DNA of 63,618 nucleotides, counting the filler, from Globobulimina sp. (taxonomy: Eukaryota), in NCBI GenBank assembly GCA_003354225.1. It is 24 parts of 24 records of this genome, joined end to end, with 100 filler letters (N's around TTAATTAATTAA, not from the genome) between each part and the next. Parts side by side here need not be neighbours in the genome. Positions count along the whole stretch, not along the records: positions 31,868 to 34,422 come from PIVH01006006.1; positions 34,523 to 37,077 come from PIVH01006007.1; positions 37,178 to 39,732 come from PIVH01006008.1; positions 39,833 to 42,386 come from PIVH01006009.1; positions 42,487 to 45,040 come from PIVH01006010.1; 19 more parts are not named here. One strand, written 5' to 3'. Shown here piece by piece: positions 31,868-43,773 of the stretch; position 1 is the first letter of the stretch; every line of letters starts with the position of its first letter. The notes under the pieces are model-generated. The model was not told the origin of the DNA. It saw only the letters and a list, made by a program, of their open reading frames with translations, and did not search any database. A program made the position numbers and the translations under genes.

Positions 31868-34036
31868 ACGTTACATAAATTATGTGCTTCTTTAGGAGAA
31901 GAAATGACTAAAAAAATTGACTTAATAAATAGACACGATTCTATGTGTAAAAATATGTTAGAAAATATGTCCAAATCTGTATTAGAAGGTATATTAAATA
32001 ATATTATTCACTGTATTCAGCAAAAAGTTGTATTTAGCGATGATTTATTAATTTTATCATGGAAACATTGTGAAAATAAAGAAATTGATGTGTTGGAAAG
32101 TAATTTATTTCAGGTGATTATCACAGAATATTTAAAAATTATACAAAATACAGCCAACAAAAAAGATTGGTGCTGGATGAAAAATTATTTAATTGCTTCA
32201 ACTTTATGGTTACGCAAATATAAAAAAACCAATAGCTTATTATTCAAAGAATTGTTAGTTGCCGTTAAAAAAGAATCAGATAAACAATCCAAACAATGCC
32301 TAGTTACAGAAATCCAGCACATGAAAGCCAATGATATTGATTTATGGAATGAGTTGCAATCATTTCAGGTAGAACCGAGGACAAAAAATCAAATTGCCCG
32401 ACAAGACTCTGTCGAAGAAGGTGTCAGCATTACATACACTAAGAAACAGTTAATCGCATATAAAGCCAAAGGGAATTCGTTCGATCCCATTTCGCATAGC
32501 AATATCAAAGAATATTTACCAAATTTAGTATTAAGAGCAAATATTGTGGATGAATTATTTCACAACGATATGCAAAAAATTGTGCATAAAATAATTGAGC
32601 AATATTCAAATGAGGATGAGAAGCAAAATGAATTTATCATGGAATACAAACGTGGCCCACTAAAATTGTGGCAACGCTGTAAAGCAAAAGTTGAAAATGA
32701 TTATGGCTCAGAAGAATATCCGTCAGCCGCACATTTATTAGATATTAATCGCTGCTCAATTACATTTAATACATTATCCGCGATGATGAATGGCATAAAA
32801 GAGTTTGTTACACAGATCAAAGAAGGTAAGACTTGCATTGTTGATATTATTCGATGTAAAAATGGTTTTAATAAACAAGTGTTTAATGATCAAATACCAC
32901 AATATTCTGATATTAAATTTAATGTATTAATTAATACACCGCGGGGAGCAATTATTGGTGAAATACAGTTTTTGTTGAATATTATGCAAAGATATAAAGT
33001 CAAGGCACATTCATTATACTCAATTATTCGAATGGATGAATTTATGCTGAAATATCAAGAAGTTATCCCGGTTTTGATGGATAAACAGAAACGAATTTTG
33101 ATAATGGCAGCGGAAGGAAATAGTAAAGGAATATTAAATTTTATGATTGAACAAAATATCAATGCAAACGAATTATTATTGACATGGAAAACAAATAAAA
33201 ACGTGAATGTTTTGTATCAAATCTGTCGATTTAATCATGCTAAATTATTTAAATTATTGTATAAAATGTGTGATAAGAAAGTATTTGACCAAACATTGCA
33301 GTTAATTCCAGCTGGGACCTCTTTAAATTGTTTCGGTGAAGTTTTAAATGCCAAAAGTTGTGAGATTATAAAATTATTGTTGCAAGAAGAAGATTATAAA
33401 AAAGCATTGTTGAGCTACAAAGACCCCGTTCATAAGAAATCAATGCTTCATTTTGTATTCGAATCGAATAATATATGGTTATTGAAATGGTATATGGATA
33501 ATGTGTGTAATGCCGCCAACATGGATGGTTTATTAATGTTTGAATCAGGCAAACTTGGCTGGCAACCTTTGATGTGGTCGTGTCAAAATGGTGGGACATT
33601 ACAAATTGTGGAATATTTCTTAGCCCGGTTAAAGAAGGAAAATAAACAAGAATTGATTGAGAAAATATTATTTCGTGGCGATAGAACGTACGGTGTATCG
33701 CCTTTGATGCAAGCTTCTGATTTGGGAGACGAAGCAGTGCAAAAAGTAATATTAAGATATTTGGAAACGGATGAAAAGAGAGTTCAATTAATATTTCAGA
33801 AGGATAAAAATAACCAATGGACACCGTTACATGTGACGAAAAAGGTAAATATAGCAAAGAATATATTGGAAAGTATTCCTAATGATCAAGACAAATTAAA
33901 ATTGTTATGGTTAAAAGATAAACGTTGGCAAACACCAGTAACTAAAGCGGAAAGAATGCATGATAGAGCATTGCCAAATTATTTGAGGAAAGTTAGGAAA
34001 GAATTAGAAGACAAGAAAAAACAAACGAAAACATGA
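31868..34036 (+). CDS. RelA/SpoT-like nucleotidyltransferase domain fused to C-terminal ankyrin repeats, 5'-partial
   Basis: About 32640-33030: RGPLK..RCKAK, DINRCSI, RCKNGF, YSDIKFNV, GEIQF, AHSLY. Then ankyrin-like SMLHFV, GWQPLMWS, GVSPLMQA, QWTPLHV, WQTPV. Frame open to the contig start. Confidence 0.75.
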   Translation, partial: TLHKLCASLGEEMTKKIDLINRHDSMCKNMLENMSKSVLEGILNNIIHCIQQKVVFSDDLLILSWKHCENKEIDVLESNLFQVIITEYLKIIQNTANKKDWCWMKNYLIASTLWLRKYKKTNSLLFKELLVAVKKESDKQSKQCLVTEIQHMKANDIDLWNELQSFQVEPRTKNQIARQDSVEEGVSITYTKKQLIAYKAKGNSFDPISHSNIKEYLPNLVLRANIVDELFHNDMQKIVHKIIEQYSNEDEKQNEFIMEYKRGPLKLWQRCKAKVENDYGSEEYPSAAHLLDINRCSITFNTLSAMMNGIKEFVTQIKEGKTCIVDIIRCKNGFNKQVFNDQIPQYSDIKFNVLINTPRGAIIGEIQFLLNIMQRYKVKAHSLYSIIRMDEFMLKYQEVIPVLMDKQKRILIMAAEGNSKGILNFMIEQNINANELLLTWKTNKNVNVLYQICRFNHAKLFKLLYKMCDKKVFDQTLQLIPAGTSLNCFGEVLNAKSCEIIKLLLQEEDYKKALLSYKDPVHKKSMLHFVFESNNIWLLKWYMDNVCNAANMDGLLMFESGKLGWQPLMWSCQNGGTLQIVEYFLARLKKENKQELIEKILFRGDRTYGVSPLMQASDLGDEAVQKVILRYLETDEKRVQLIFQKDKNNQWTPLHVTKKVNIAKNILESIPNDQDKLKLLWLKDKRWQTPVTKAERMHDRALPNYLRKVRKELEDKKKQTKT

Positions 34037-34759
34037 GATATATGTATTATTTTGTTCGCCTTTTTGTTCTACAGTAGAATAGATTTGTGGCTGTAGTGTA
34101 AATAAACTTTCTCGTATACACTTTTTGAAGAAAGAGTCCCTAGCTTAAAATGTTGAAACTAAAGGAAAAGTCATCAGCATCTCCCGTGTGTGCCAGGATA
34201 ATGTACAACATTAAAAAGAAGGCGCTACTGAGTTAAATATATAATACCTTTGTTATGTCAAAAACAATGTTAATTACATCAAGAATTGTGGGAATTTAAA
34301 GTGTGATGAGTCCACATGTATGTGTACGTTTTTTGCAATAAATGAGACAGCCGATATCGATGAAACTCCGCACATATCCGACATCATGGAGGACCATTTA
34401 TGTTTGTCATATTCTGCAAAAGNNNNNNNNNNNNNNNNNNNNNNNNNNNNNNNNNNNNNNNNNNNNTTAATTAATTAANNNNNNNNNNNNNNNNNNNNNN
34501 NNNNNNNNNNNNNNNNNNNNNNTCCTTTAGACGTATTCGGGGGTTTGTTGAACCAAAGACAAGTACAAGGCATTCCTAGTTAAGACCGAGACCCAAAAAA
34601 ACTTTACTAATCGTTGAATCTCAAATACTGAAACACTGGCAATGGGAGGCTTCAATATGCAATTTCCAGCTGCAATTAACTTCGGATTTACGCATCAATT
34701 TCATGTGTTAATAATTTAATTCACCGCTTCATATATCAAGTCAGCGTAAATTAAAGAGA

Positions 34760-35515
34760 ATGAATAAAACATTTTTTGTATCAATATTTCTTGTGCTTTC
34801 AACAATCATTGGTATTGCGTCCATAATCGTAGCAACTCTTGGCACAATTTATTTAAATGGTGATGCATTTTTACAACAATTTACACGAGATGTATCTGCT
34901 CTGACTGTTCCTTATCAAGAACTAAGAGTAGAAACACAGCAAATGTCCGGTGGACTAATGACAACAAGATGGCCCGAAGGAGGTTCAAAATATCGAATGG
35001 TATTTGTTGGTGGATTTGCTGCTGCATCGATCATGATTTGTTGTATTGCAGTTTGTAAGTATTGGTTAATGAGGAATGTATGGAACAGAAACAATGGTGG
35101 TTCTAAACATGTTATTTGGATTTCTGTATTATTTGTTATTGGAGCTATTGGTTTAGTAATAATGGCTTATTGTTATCCTTTTTATGTTCGCATTGCAAAT
35201 ATTGTTGATGTACATATTTTTGCTGCAGTGATTGCTATGATTTCTCTTATTTTAGCACAGTTAATGGATGCATACAATTGGAAGAAGTATGCTGAGCGCA
35301 ACGGATTTGAATATTCAACAGTTTTACATTGCTATTCATTTGGATGTCCAGTACTTTCTGGGTTATGTTTCATTATTTGGGCAGGAATTAATCCGCCGGC
35401 TGAATGGTTGGGTGTTTTGTTCTTAACGTTGGGATTTGTGACGCAAATATTCCATGTAAGGGCAGATCAAGAGATCAAAAGCACTGAAAGCCACAAAATG
35501 CAAGAAATTGTGTAG
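34760..35515 (+). CDS. Multi-pass membrane protein, Frag1/DRAM/Sfk1-like
   Basis: About 6 TM segments with VHIFAA and AEW motifs in the expected helices. Confidence 0.5.
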   Translation: MNKTFFVSIFLVLSTIIGIASIIVATLGTIYLNGDAFLQQFTRDVSALTVPYQELRVETQQMSGGLMTTRWPEGGSKYRMVFVGGFAAASIMICCIAVCKYWLMRNVWNRNNGGSKHVIWISVLFVIGAIGLVIMAYCYPFYVRIANIVDVHIFAAVIAMISLILAQLMDAYNWKKYAERNGFEYSTVLHCYSFGCPVLSGLCFIIWAGINPPAEWLGVLFLTLGFVTQIFHVRADQEIKSTESHKMQEIV

Positions 35516-35792
35516 TTGTCAATGTTTGGACAACTTGGATCCAGATCATACCTATAATTATGAAAGAACGGCATCAAACACCCAACAACAGTCTATCTCG
35601 TCATAATGTGCCATTATTTAATGTTACCTGCGATGATGATTACCATCATTTATATGGTAAAGATAAATTGCATTAAATCCACTCATAATTGATCCACATT
35701 GTATAACGCAATGTAAGTTTGAGCAAGACGGCCATATATACGGGATTTGGTAAATTAAAAAAAACAGAATTTACACTAGCTCGGACTTTACA

Positions 35793-37077
35793 ATGTGTCG
35801 AAGACTAAGCATGCAATATTTCTTTATACTCGTCGTCATACTCATTATCTCATTATTGTTTGAAGAACTTTTTGTCATCACACAATTGCCATTTATCGAT
35901 TATCTCTCCACATCAACAATATCCACACAAGGCACTCCCGCTAATGTATCAACTCTTAATGTCACAAAATTAATGCTTAAACTTACCAAGCCATATTTTT
36001 TTGCATCCAATAAACAACAATTATTACTCCTCAGAGCTTATAAAACGCAGCGACGCATCAAAGAGAAATCTATTAAAAACTTAACAAAATATCTCAAAAG
36101 GTCTCAAAACAAAATCGAAAAAAAACAAGATGTAATCAGGCGAATAACGAATATAACCCGTAATCAGACGAAAAGAATTCAAAATTATGAGCTAAAAACT
36201 AGAGATTGTTCATGTTTGAATAGAGTCTATGATGAAATATTTGTAATATCAATAGGATCACGAATGGACACATTGACTAAAACATTATTTCAATTAAACT
36301 CAGAAAATCTCAATTTTACAATGTGGGAAGGACACTCACCAAATAATAGCTATTCAATGTCATTATGGAACAAATTCAAATTAAGAATAGAGCAAATAAT
36401 GGATGCAAATAAGTCAAATCACCGAATATATCAAGATATGGAACAGCTAAAACCTGAGAATTCGGCATATCATAATAGTATGGTTTTTTTTTTAAGACAA
36501 ACACAAATTGATATAATCAAATATTCGCTAAGTCAAAATTACTCAAAAATATTGTTGCTTGAAGATGATATAATAATTTCCAATGCAAAATATATAAATT
36601 TGTTTTGTAAATATGAATATAAATTGCCTCAATGGTTTGTGCTTAATATAGGAATTAATCAGTACAGCCCTGGAAATATACGGACAAAATCAGTGAATGA
36701 CACAATTAATCTCTCACATCAATTGCAATTAAAATATTACATCAAAGATGAAGGTTCAATGGGTACCTTTGGAATATCTATTTCATTCAAAATGTTTCAA
36801 ATTTTAATAAACTTATTTGATTTTAATGAAAATGATAATGATTTCGAATCGAATGCACATTTTAATGATAATGATGATTATGATTTTAATGATATTCTTA
36901 ATCAACAAATAGATGATAAATATAATTTTTTCAATTTATCTCCATTGGATAATTATTTTAGATTTATTGAAGGAAGAGATGATATAAAAAATAATTGTTT
37001 GGGTATTTATCCAGCATTAATTTTGCCGGATGTTACAAAATCACCCTTACGCGAATCTCGAAATCAACTCAAATTTA
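35793..37077 (+). CDS. Type II membrane glycosyltransferase, GT25-like, 3'-partial
   Basis: N-terminal TM; DEIFVISIGSR, ILLLEDDI (DxD-type motif), WFVLNIG, GTFGISIS. Confidence 0.7.
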
Positions 37078-37218
37078 NNNNNNNNNNNNNNNNNNNNNNN
37101 NNNNNNNNNNNNNNNNNNNNNTTAATTAATTAANNNNNNNNNNNNNNNNNNNNNNNNNNNNNNNNNNNNNNNNNNNNCGCCGATCCCGATAATCTGTTAG
37201 AAGAAAAAAAAGCAGACA

Positions 37219-38851
37219 ATGAGTTCATCACTAAACAAGTGAATATATACTTTTTATACACATCACAATAAATATACAAATAATATTCACCAATTCCAGC
37301 AAAGAGATGTTGCAAAACAATTAGTATCATTCATCAACGCTTCGCCATCTCCGTATCATGCGGTTGGAAGTGCAGTACAATTATTAGAAAAGGCAAACTT
37401 CCAACGCTTGGATGAAACGGATACAAAGCAAATATGGACCGATTTACCTGCCGGAAAATATTATTTTACACGGAATCAATCCTCGATTATAGCCTTTGTA
37501 AAACCGGACAATTTCAAGCCAGGCAATGGTTTTACAATCATGGGAGCTCATACAGACTCCCCTTGTTTTCGAGTAAAACCTATCAGTAAAAAAACAAAGG
37601 AAAAATATATTATGGTTGGTGTTGAAAGTTATGTTTTAATTTTATATCCTTGCACTGCATTTTGTTAACGTTGCTATATTAATTTTATATTCACCGCATA
37701 GAATATGGTGGCGGTTTATGGCATACCTGGTTTGACAGAGATTTATCAGTGGCGGGACGCGTAATGATCAAAAGCAAAACCGGCGGCGCAGAATCTCGAT
37801 TAGTACGTATTAACAAAGCGATATTACGCATAGCAAACTTAGCCATTCATTTAACTGCACGCAGCGATCGGAACGCATTTAAATTCTGTGTGGAAGATGA
37901 GACTGTCCCTATATTTGCAACCTGTGCTGCAGCGCAATTGAATCAGAAACGATGTAATTCAGTGATTGGGGATGAACATAATCCATTGTTGTTAGAATTA
38001 ATTGCAAAGGAATTGGGAGTTGATGTGAGTTTAATATTAGATTTTGAATTATATTTATTTGACACGCAAGCGAGTGTAATTGGTGGTGGATTGGATGAGT
38101 TTATATTTAGTCCGAGATTGGATAATTTAGCGAGTACATTTTCTATATTGACTGCATTGATAAATTCTGCCAATGATTCATTAAAAACAGAGACAAATAT
38201 TCGAATGATTGCTAGCTTTGATAATGAAGAAATTGGAAGCAATTCGAATCGTGGCGCAGCGAGTAATTTATTATACACTACAATGAAAAGGCTACACGGC
38301 GAGAAATTATTTGATGCTGCAATGCAAAAATCGATATTAATAAGGTTTGACATATTTGATTTGAATTTATATCATTAATCAGCTAATGTATGCATGTGAT
38401 TTGTGAGCTGGTAATTAATGATATAAATTCAATATAATTATATATAAAATGAAGTTGTGATATGGCACATGCAGTCCATCCAAATTATTCATCGAAACAT
38501 GAAACAAATCATAAACCAGCAATGCATTCAGGATTAGTGATAAAATATAATTGTAATCAACGGTATGCAACAACAATGGTGTCAACATATCATTTAATTC
38601 AAATTGCAGCAGATAATAATATTCCATTACAGAAATTTGTAGTGAAAAATAGTATGCCCTGTGGTTCAACAATCGGACCAATATTATCAACCCGATGTGG
38701 TATAAGGACTGTCGATGTCGGCTGTCCTCAATTATAGATGCATTCAATAAGAGAACAATGTGGTGTTAAAGACATTGCAACGTCAACCCATTTATTTACA
38801 AAATATTTTGAAAATTTTGTACAAGTTGATTCTGGTTTGAAAGTTGATTGA
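37219..38851 (+). CDS. DNPEP: Aspartyl aminopeptidase (M18), 4 exons, with an in-frame TAG at 38735-38737
   Basis: FINASPSPYHAV, GAHTDSP, YGGGLWHTWFDRDL, RLDNL, FDNEEIGS, DMAHAVHPNY, PCGSTIGP, GCPQL*MHSIRE; three short GT-AG introns. Confidence 0.93.
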
Positions 38852-38911
38852 CATGTACATGCAAATATAGATATTATCTTGTAATTTATAACTCTTTTAC
38901 ATTACAACTGA

Positions 38912-39305
38912 AAAGGAGTCCGGCTCTGAAGTTAGTGACAATGTCAAGAGCCGCGTCACCCATGACGGCAGAGTAGCCATCGTTAGTAAGCCTTAGCTTG
39001 AACCGGTGAGCCTGAGCGGTGGCCTCGTCCCGGGTCATTTCAAAGGGCACGAGGACGGCGATGGAGGTGCCACCCTGGGCAAGGATTTCACTGCGTAAAT
39101 AGTCCGAAACCTGCAAGCCATCATGAAGGGTTTCGAAATCTGTCGAGGGGTCTGTATTGTCGGGGTCTTTATTGGTGGAGACAGGGCTGAGCGCGGAGCC
39201 TGTTGTCTGGACCGGAGCCAGCTGTGTGGCTGCAAAGCCCGCGGCGCCGCCGAACAGCGCCAGTATGGCAACGATTGCCGTTCTTTTCATGGCCAATCCC
39301 CTCAT
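38912..39305 (-). CDS. Bacterial exported protein, N-terminal fragment truncated at a chimeric junction
   Basis: GC about 60%, signal peptide MKRTAIVAILALFGGAAGFAA; the frame runs into AT-rich DNA near 38910. Confidence 0.5.
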
Positions 39306-39458
39306 TACCCCTTAAGCCGCGCCCCTCAGCTCTTCGCCGCAAGCTTAGGCCGGAAGGCCCGGGACCGCAAGAAAGCAGAACCGCAAGAATCGGGTGTCGG
39401 GCAGCCAATGCTGCGGATAGTGTGATGACAAGCTATCACTGCAAAAGGGAAGTACGTT

Positions 39459-39732
39459 ATGCTGACGCAAGCTTTCAATGAAACTCAGGAGACCGTCTTG
39501 GCCCCCCGAAAAGAGACCGGTGCAGCCGGTGTGACTGGTTCAAACGGTTCTGGCGATTATGAGCGCATTGGTCACGCCATTGCTTATCTTGAAGCAGAGT
39601 ATCAGGACCAGCCAGGCCTTGAGGCTCTGGGCCGCGAACTGGGCCTGAGCCCGGCGCATCTACAGCGCTTGTTCAAGCGGTGGGCCGGGGTTTCCCCCAA
39701 GGGTTTTTTGCAAGCCGTAACTCATGCACATG
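39459..39732 (+). CDS. Bacterial bifunctional AraC-HTH/methylated-DNA-cysteine methyltransferase (Ada-like), N-terminal fragment
   Basis: DYERIGHAIAYL...QPGLEAL...GLSPAHLQRLFKRWAGVSPKGFLQ is the typical N-terminus of this family. Confidence 0.85.
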
Positions 39733-39833
39733 NNNNNNNNNNNNNNNNNNNNNNNNNNNNNNNNNNNNNNNNNNNNTTAATTAATTAANNNNNNNNNNNN
39801 NNNNNNNNNNNNNNNNNNNNNNNNNNNNNNNNT

Positions 39834-40772
39834 CAATCATTTAAATACAAATCAAAATTACAATTATTACAACACGATTTCAATTGGGGACTAAACATAG
39901 ATTGGAATAATCCGCAAATTGAATCGAATATCAATCAACTTTTATCGCTTGGCTTCAGTTTTGACGATGCCGCCCAAGCGGTGATTGTCACAGATAACAA
40001 ATCCATTGACGAGGCCATTAACTATGCCTTGACAGATCCAGACAGCAAACAAAAACAATATCAATTTCAAAAACGAAAATTAAATCGATTTCAAATCCAC
40101 ACATTAAGTGACAGCGATTATCATTTATATCGAACAAAATGTGGTGAATCTGTGGATGACGAGAAATATATTCAACAAATTAAACAAAAAATAGTTTCTG
40201 GGCATGATGTATTTGCGGAGATGAAAAGCTGTAAACAGACAATATTTGCGTTGGAAAATGAAACAAAACAATTACAAAATTGTTTGCATGATCACAAATT
40301 AATGTTATATACGCATTTTGTTTCTGGTATATTAGCAAATGGCGAATTAAATGTTTGCCAGGTTACAGAATGGAAAAAATATCGAGATTCTCATGATATT
40401 ACACCTGATGAACATGTATCAGTATTAAACAAATTTGGTTATGGCAATGATGATGATTTGGATGGAATAAAAACATATATTAATATTGCATCCAATGCCA
40501 ATGGATTGGAGAGCTGTGACAGCGGTGCGTCTTTACAGGAATCCAAAACAAAAATGGCATTGAATACGAGCACAAACAGTAGTAATGAATGTGTTATATG
40601 CTATGAAGATATTGCATTGATTACAGATGAAATTTATATGTTATGTCCATGTTATCATATTTGTCTATGTCAGAAATGTGCGTTGCAATATTATGGCGCA
40701 CCGCATATGGATCAAAAATGTCCAATCTGTTGTACGGAGGTTACCGATTTAAAAAAAGTGTTTTTTTCTTAA
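39834..40772 (+). CDS. UBA + C-terminal RING-HC (C3HC4) E3 ubiquitin ligase-like protein, 5'-partial
   Basis: INQLLSLGFSFDDAAQAVIVTDNKSIDEAINY (UBA); CVIC...CPCYHICLCQKC...CPIC...KVFFS. Confidence 0.85.
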   Translation, partial: QSFKYKSKLQLLQHDFNWGLNIDWNNPQIESNINQLLSLGFSFDDAAQAVIVTDNKSIDEAINYALTDPDSKQKQYQFQKRKLNRFQIHTLSDSDYHLYRTKCGESVDDEKYIQQIKQKIVSGHDVFAEMKSCKQTIFALENETKQLQNCLHDHKLMLYTHFVSGILANGELNVCQVTEWKKYRDSHDITPDEHVSVLNKFGYGNDDDLDGIKTYINIASNANGLESCDSGASLQESKTKMALNTSTNSSNECVICYEDIALITDEIYMLCPCYHICLCQKCALQYYGAPHMDQKCPICCTEVTDLKKVFFS

Positions 40773-41386
40773 TTTATGTTTTTTCGAATCGTAAAAGATA
40801 CATTATTTGGTTCTTGACAATCTATTCTTGGATGTATTGATTTGTACTCATGTTTTATGTAAATATGATGTGTTAAATCATATAATATCCAATGGATTTC
40901 ATTTGAACCACATCAATCGATGTTTTATTTCCTTGTATATCTGTATTGATTGATGTATTATTAAATTTATTATCAGATATATATATATTTAATTTGTGAT
41001 TATTATTGTTGCATTTTTAGAAAAGATACGACGAAATATTTTATTGTTGAGTCTTTATATTGTATTGGAACTTTATATTTCATTTAATATTTTATGAATG
41101 TTTGGTTTTTTTGTAATATTTTGACCGTTTAATATTTGTTTGCTATCTTTTGCTTTTTTCCATGCGTTTATCTTTTGTGTTTATGTGTTTGTGTATTCAT
41201 TGATATTTGATTCATTCGTATATATTGATACTGTGATCATCAGATATATAACAATTTGTACACCACTTTTAAATTTAATTGATTTCTTACAGTTTTGAAG
41301 AAATAAAAACATATACACATACAAAACCACTCAAAATAAAAAGCACAGCGACTCGATACAAAGTACTTTCACAACCAATTACAAAC

Positions 41387-42386
41387 ATGTCCAAGTATTC
41401 AACAATAGTCTCGATTGTATATGCTGTGATTTATGGGTTGGTATTTATTGCCACATCGATTTACTCATTTATTCAAACAGCAACACAGTTAATGTGGGAA
41501 CCAGCAAATGATAAAAATAAAGAGAAAGAATCAAACACCAAACATAAGGATATTAATAAACAAATGGAATTAAATATTATTCAAAAAGAAGAAGAAGAAA
41601 CAGTTGCAATACAATCATTGAGTATGCTTACATTTATAAATTATATATTAAACTTTTGCCATTATGTGGCTCGAATCGCGTTGAGCTAACTAGTGCGCTT
41701 TGAGCGTAGTTATCGAATCTATAGGATCTTATAAAGGCGGTTTGTGTGAAAATATATTTGTCTACGTCGAGTCGTTCAGACTTCAGAGTCAGTGATCGAT
41801 TCAGCTTTATATCATTGACTGAGTGGAATATAATTAATAATTAAATCAAACAACGCTGATTTGAGTCACATAAATGGTAAAAGAGTTATTTGATAATAAA
41901 ATATATTTTTATATACAGAATCAATCGATAAAAATGTGTCAGAAACGATAGAAACGAAAATGTTTTATCCATCAAATAATAAAAAACAAGAAACTGAAGC
42001 TAAATATGAAGAAGTTTCGTCATCAAACGGTTTGTCATTTATTTGTTGGCATATAAATTATTCTAATATCTTGATACAAAATTATAGAAAGTGCAAATGA
42101 AACAGCATCGTCAACAAAAATTACTCAATCTCAACAATCCGATGCAAAATCATTTAGTATGTACAACATTTGACAAAAATCATTTGTTAAATTCACGCAT
42201 AAAAACAAACAAACAAACTATTAAATTTTAGCGTGTATTAGTTTTTTAAAAGCATGGTTCAAAAACGTATGGCGCAAAAAGAAGATTTATTGGTCGATAA
42301 TGCCGCATATTGCAGATCAAGCGACAGATTTTGGCGTTTTATTAACATATTATAATGAATGGATAAATTACGATAATAATAGCAAT
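41387..42386 (+). CDS. Multi-exon membrane protein, 3'-partial
   Basis: N-terminal TM. Phase-1 introns (41622-41918 and two short ones) link to FLKAWFKNVWRKKKIYWSIMPHIADQATDFGV. Confidence 0.55.
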
Positions 42387-43628
42387 NNNNNNNNNNNNNN
42401 NNNNNNNNNNNNNNNNNNNNNNNNNNNNNNTTAATTAATTAANNNNNNNNNNNNNNNNNNNNNNNNNNNNNNNNNNNNNNNNNNNNTAAGCGAACATTTC
42501 ATTCTCAGCCAATAGTTGGTCGATATATTTCCAGTTTGTATTAAATTATAGAGTCAATCAAGGAATGTTTTTGTCTAAAATTTTATTGCTATCTTCGTGT
42601 TATATTAAAAAAAACCAAACTTCTTATTTTATTAAAGAAATGCGAAAAACGCAAAAATTCAAGAAAATAATAACAAATGATCAAAAGGAGTTACAAGAGA
42701 AAACAGACTCAATCCAACTCTGGTAGCAGAATCTAACAGCACACCTGGTCGATTTTCAGCGAAAAATATGGATTTTTTTTCGTAAAAATTGATGAAACTC
42801 AGCATTTTTTAGCCATTTTTTAAAGAAAATTTCGTTTTTCGCGCCAAAAATTTCTCGACCACCTGACGATTGCCATATACTGTATATTAACATAGGGGCC
42901 TGGTACAATAACATATATGGGAAGGTTGTATGGTTACTGTATTAGACATGCATATAGAAAAATATAATATTGTACAGTACCTGGGAGAATGGAGGAGCTG
43001 TCATCTTTGCCTCAATCTTGAAGTGAAGGCCAAACAGAACCATTGCATTGCACTAATTGTATACCAGCTAAAATTGTAATAATGCTTAAATATATGAATG
43101 TACATCATATGCCATTACCATATACTATAATACACATTAATACAAAACAGACAGACAGACAGACAGAAAAACGGACAGTCTGTCAGATAGACAGGTACAT
43201 CGTACATACAATAATTCTAATATGTACTGTACATAGTAATAACAAAAACATACTTAATTCCGTTAATGTACACATCTCCCTTTGTAACACTCAATTCACG
43301 AAAATAATTGCATGAAAGTCTGTCTTGAGAACTTAGAAATCCAAGACACTCACTCGCCAGGGCAGACAGCAATCGATAAGAAGTGGTCAATAGTTGGTGT
43401 CGAATTATCATCGTATATCTACAACAAATACTGTATATTAACATATAATTCGGGTCAGAACGTTTAAAAATGCCCTTAATTTCAACGAAATCCGAGAAAA
43501 CGAAAAATGCAAAAATTAAATCTACACTTGAAATTTGAAAAATTGGCGATTTATTACATTTTGAAGGTTACGAAATCCGATAGCTGTACATACAGTAAGT
43601 ACTATAACAGAATATTAATGTAACTTAC

Positions 43629-43773
43629 TTTTGTCAAATCTTTTACAATCAAGAAATATGGTCGACTTCTATCATTTTCCGATTTGAGCAATTTGTTCAC
43701 TTTTTCGTTTTCTTCTAAAATATCATCATCGTCCATGAATTCCGGCCGTTTCAAATCAACTTTTATTTCATCA
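43629..43773 (-). CDS. Isolated exon of an ABCA-type transporter (linker before an NBD), animal-like
   Basis: DDDDILEENEKV...LIVKDLTK between a tttag acceptor and a gtaagt donor. Confidence 0.6.

Noticed and set aside
27564-38737. Stop-codon reassignment suggested by in-frame TAA (27564) and TAG (38735)
   Set aside because: TAA, TAG and TGA all end conserved genes here (RPA12, TRMT2A, DLD), and long AT-rich ORFs have no internal stops. The two cases would also need different amino acids.
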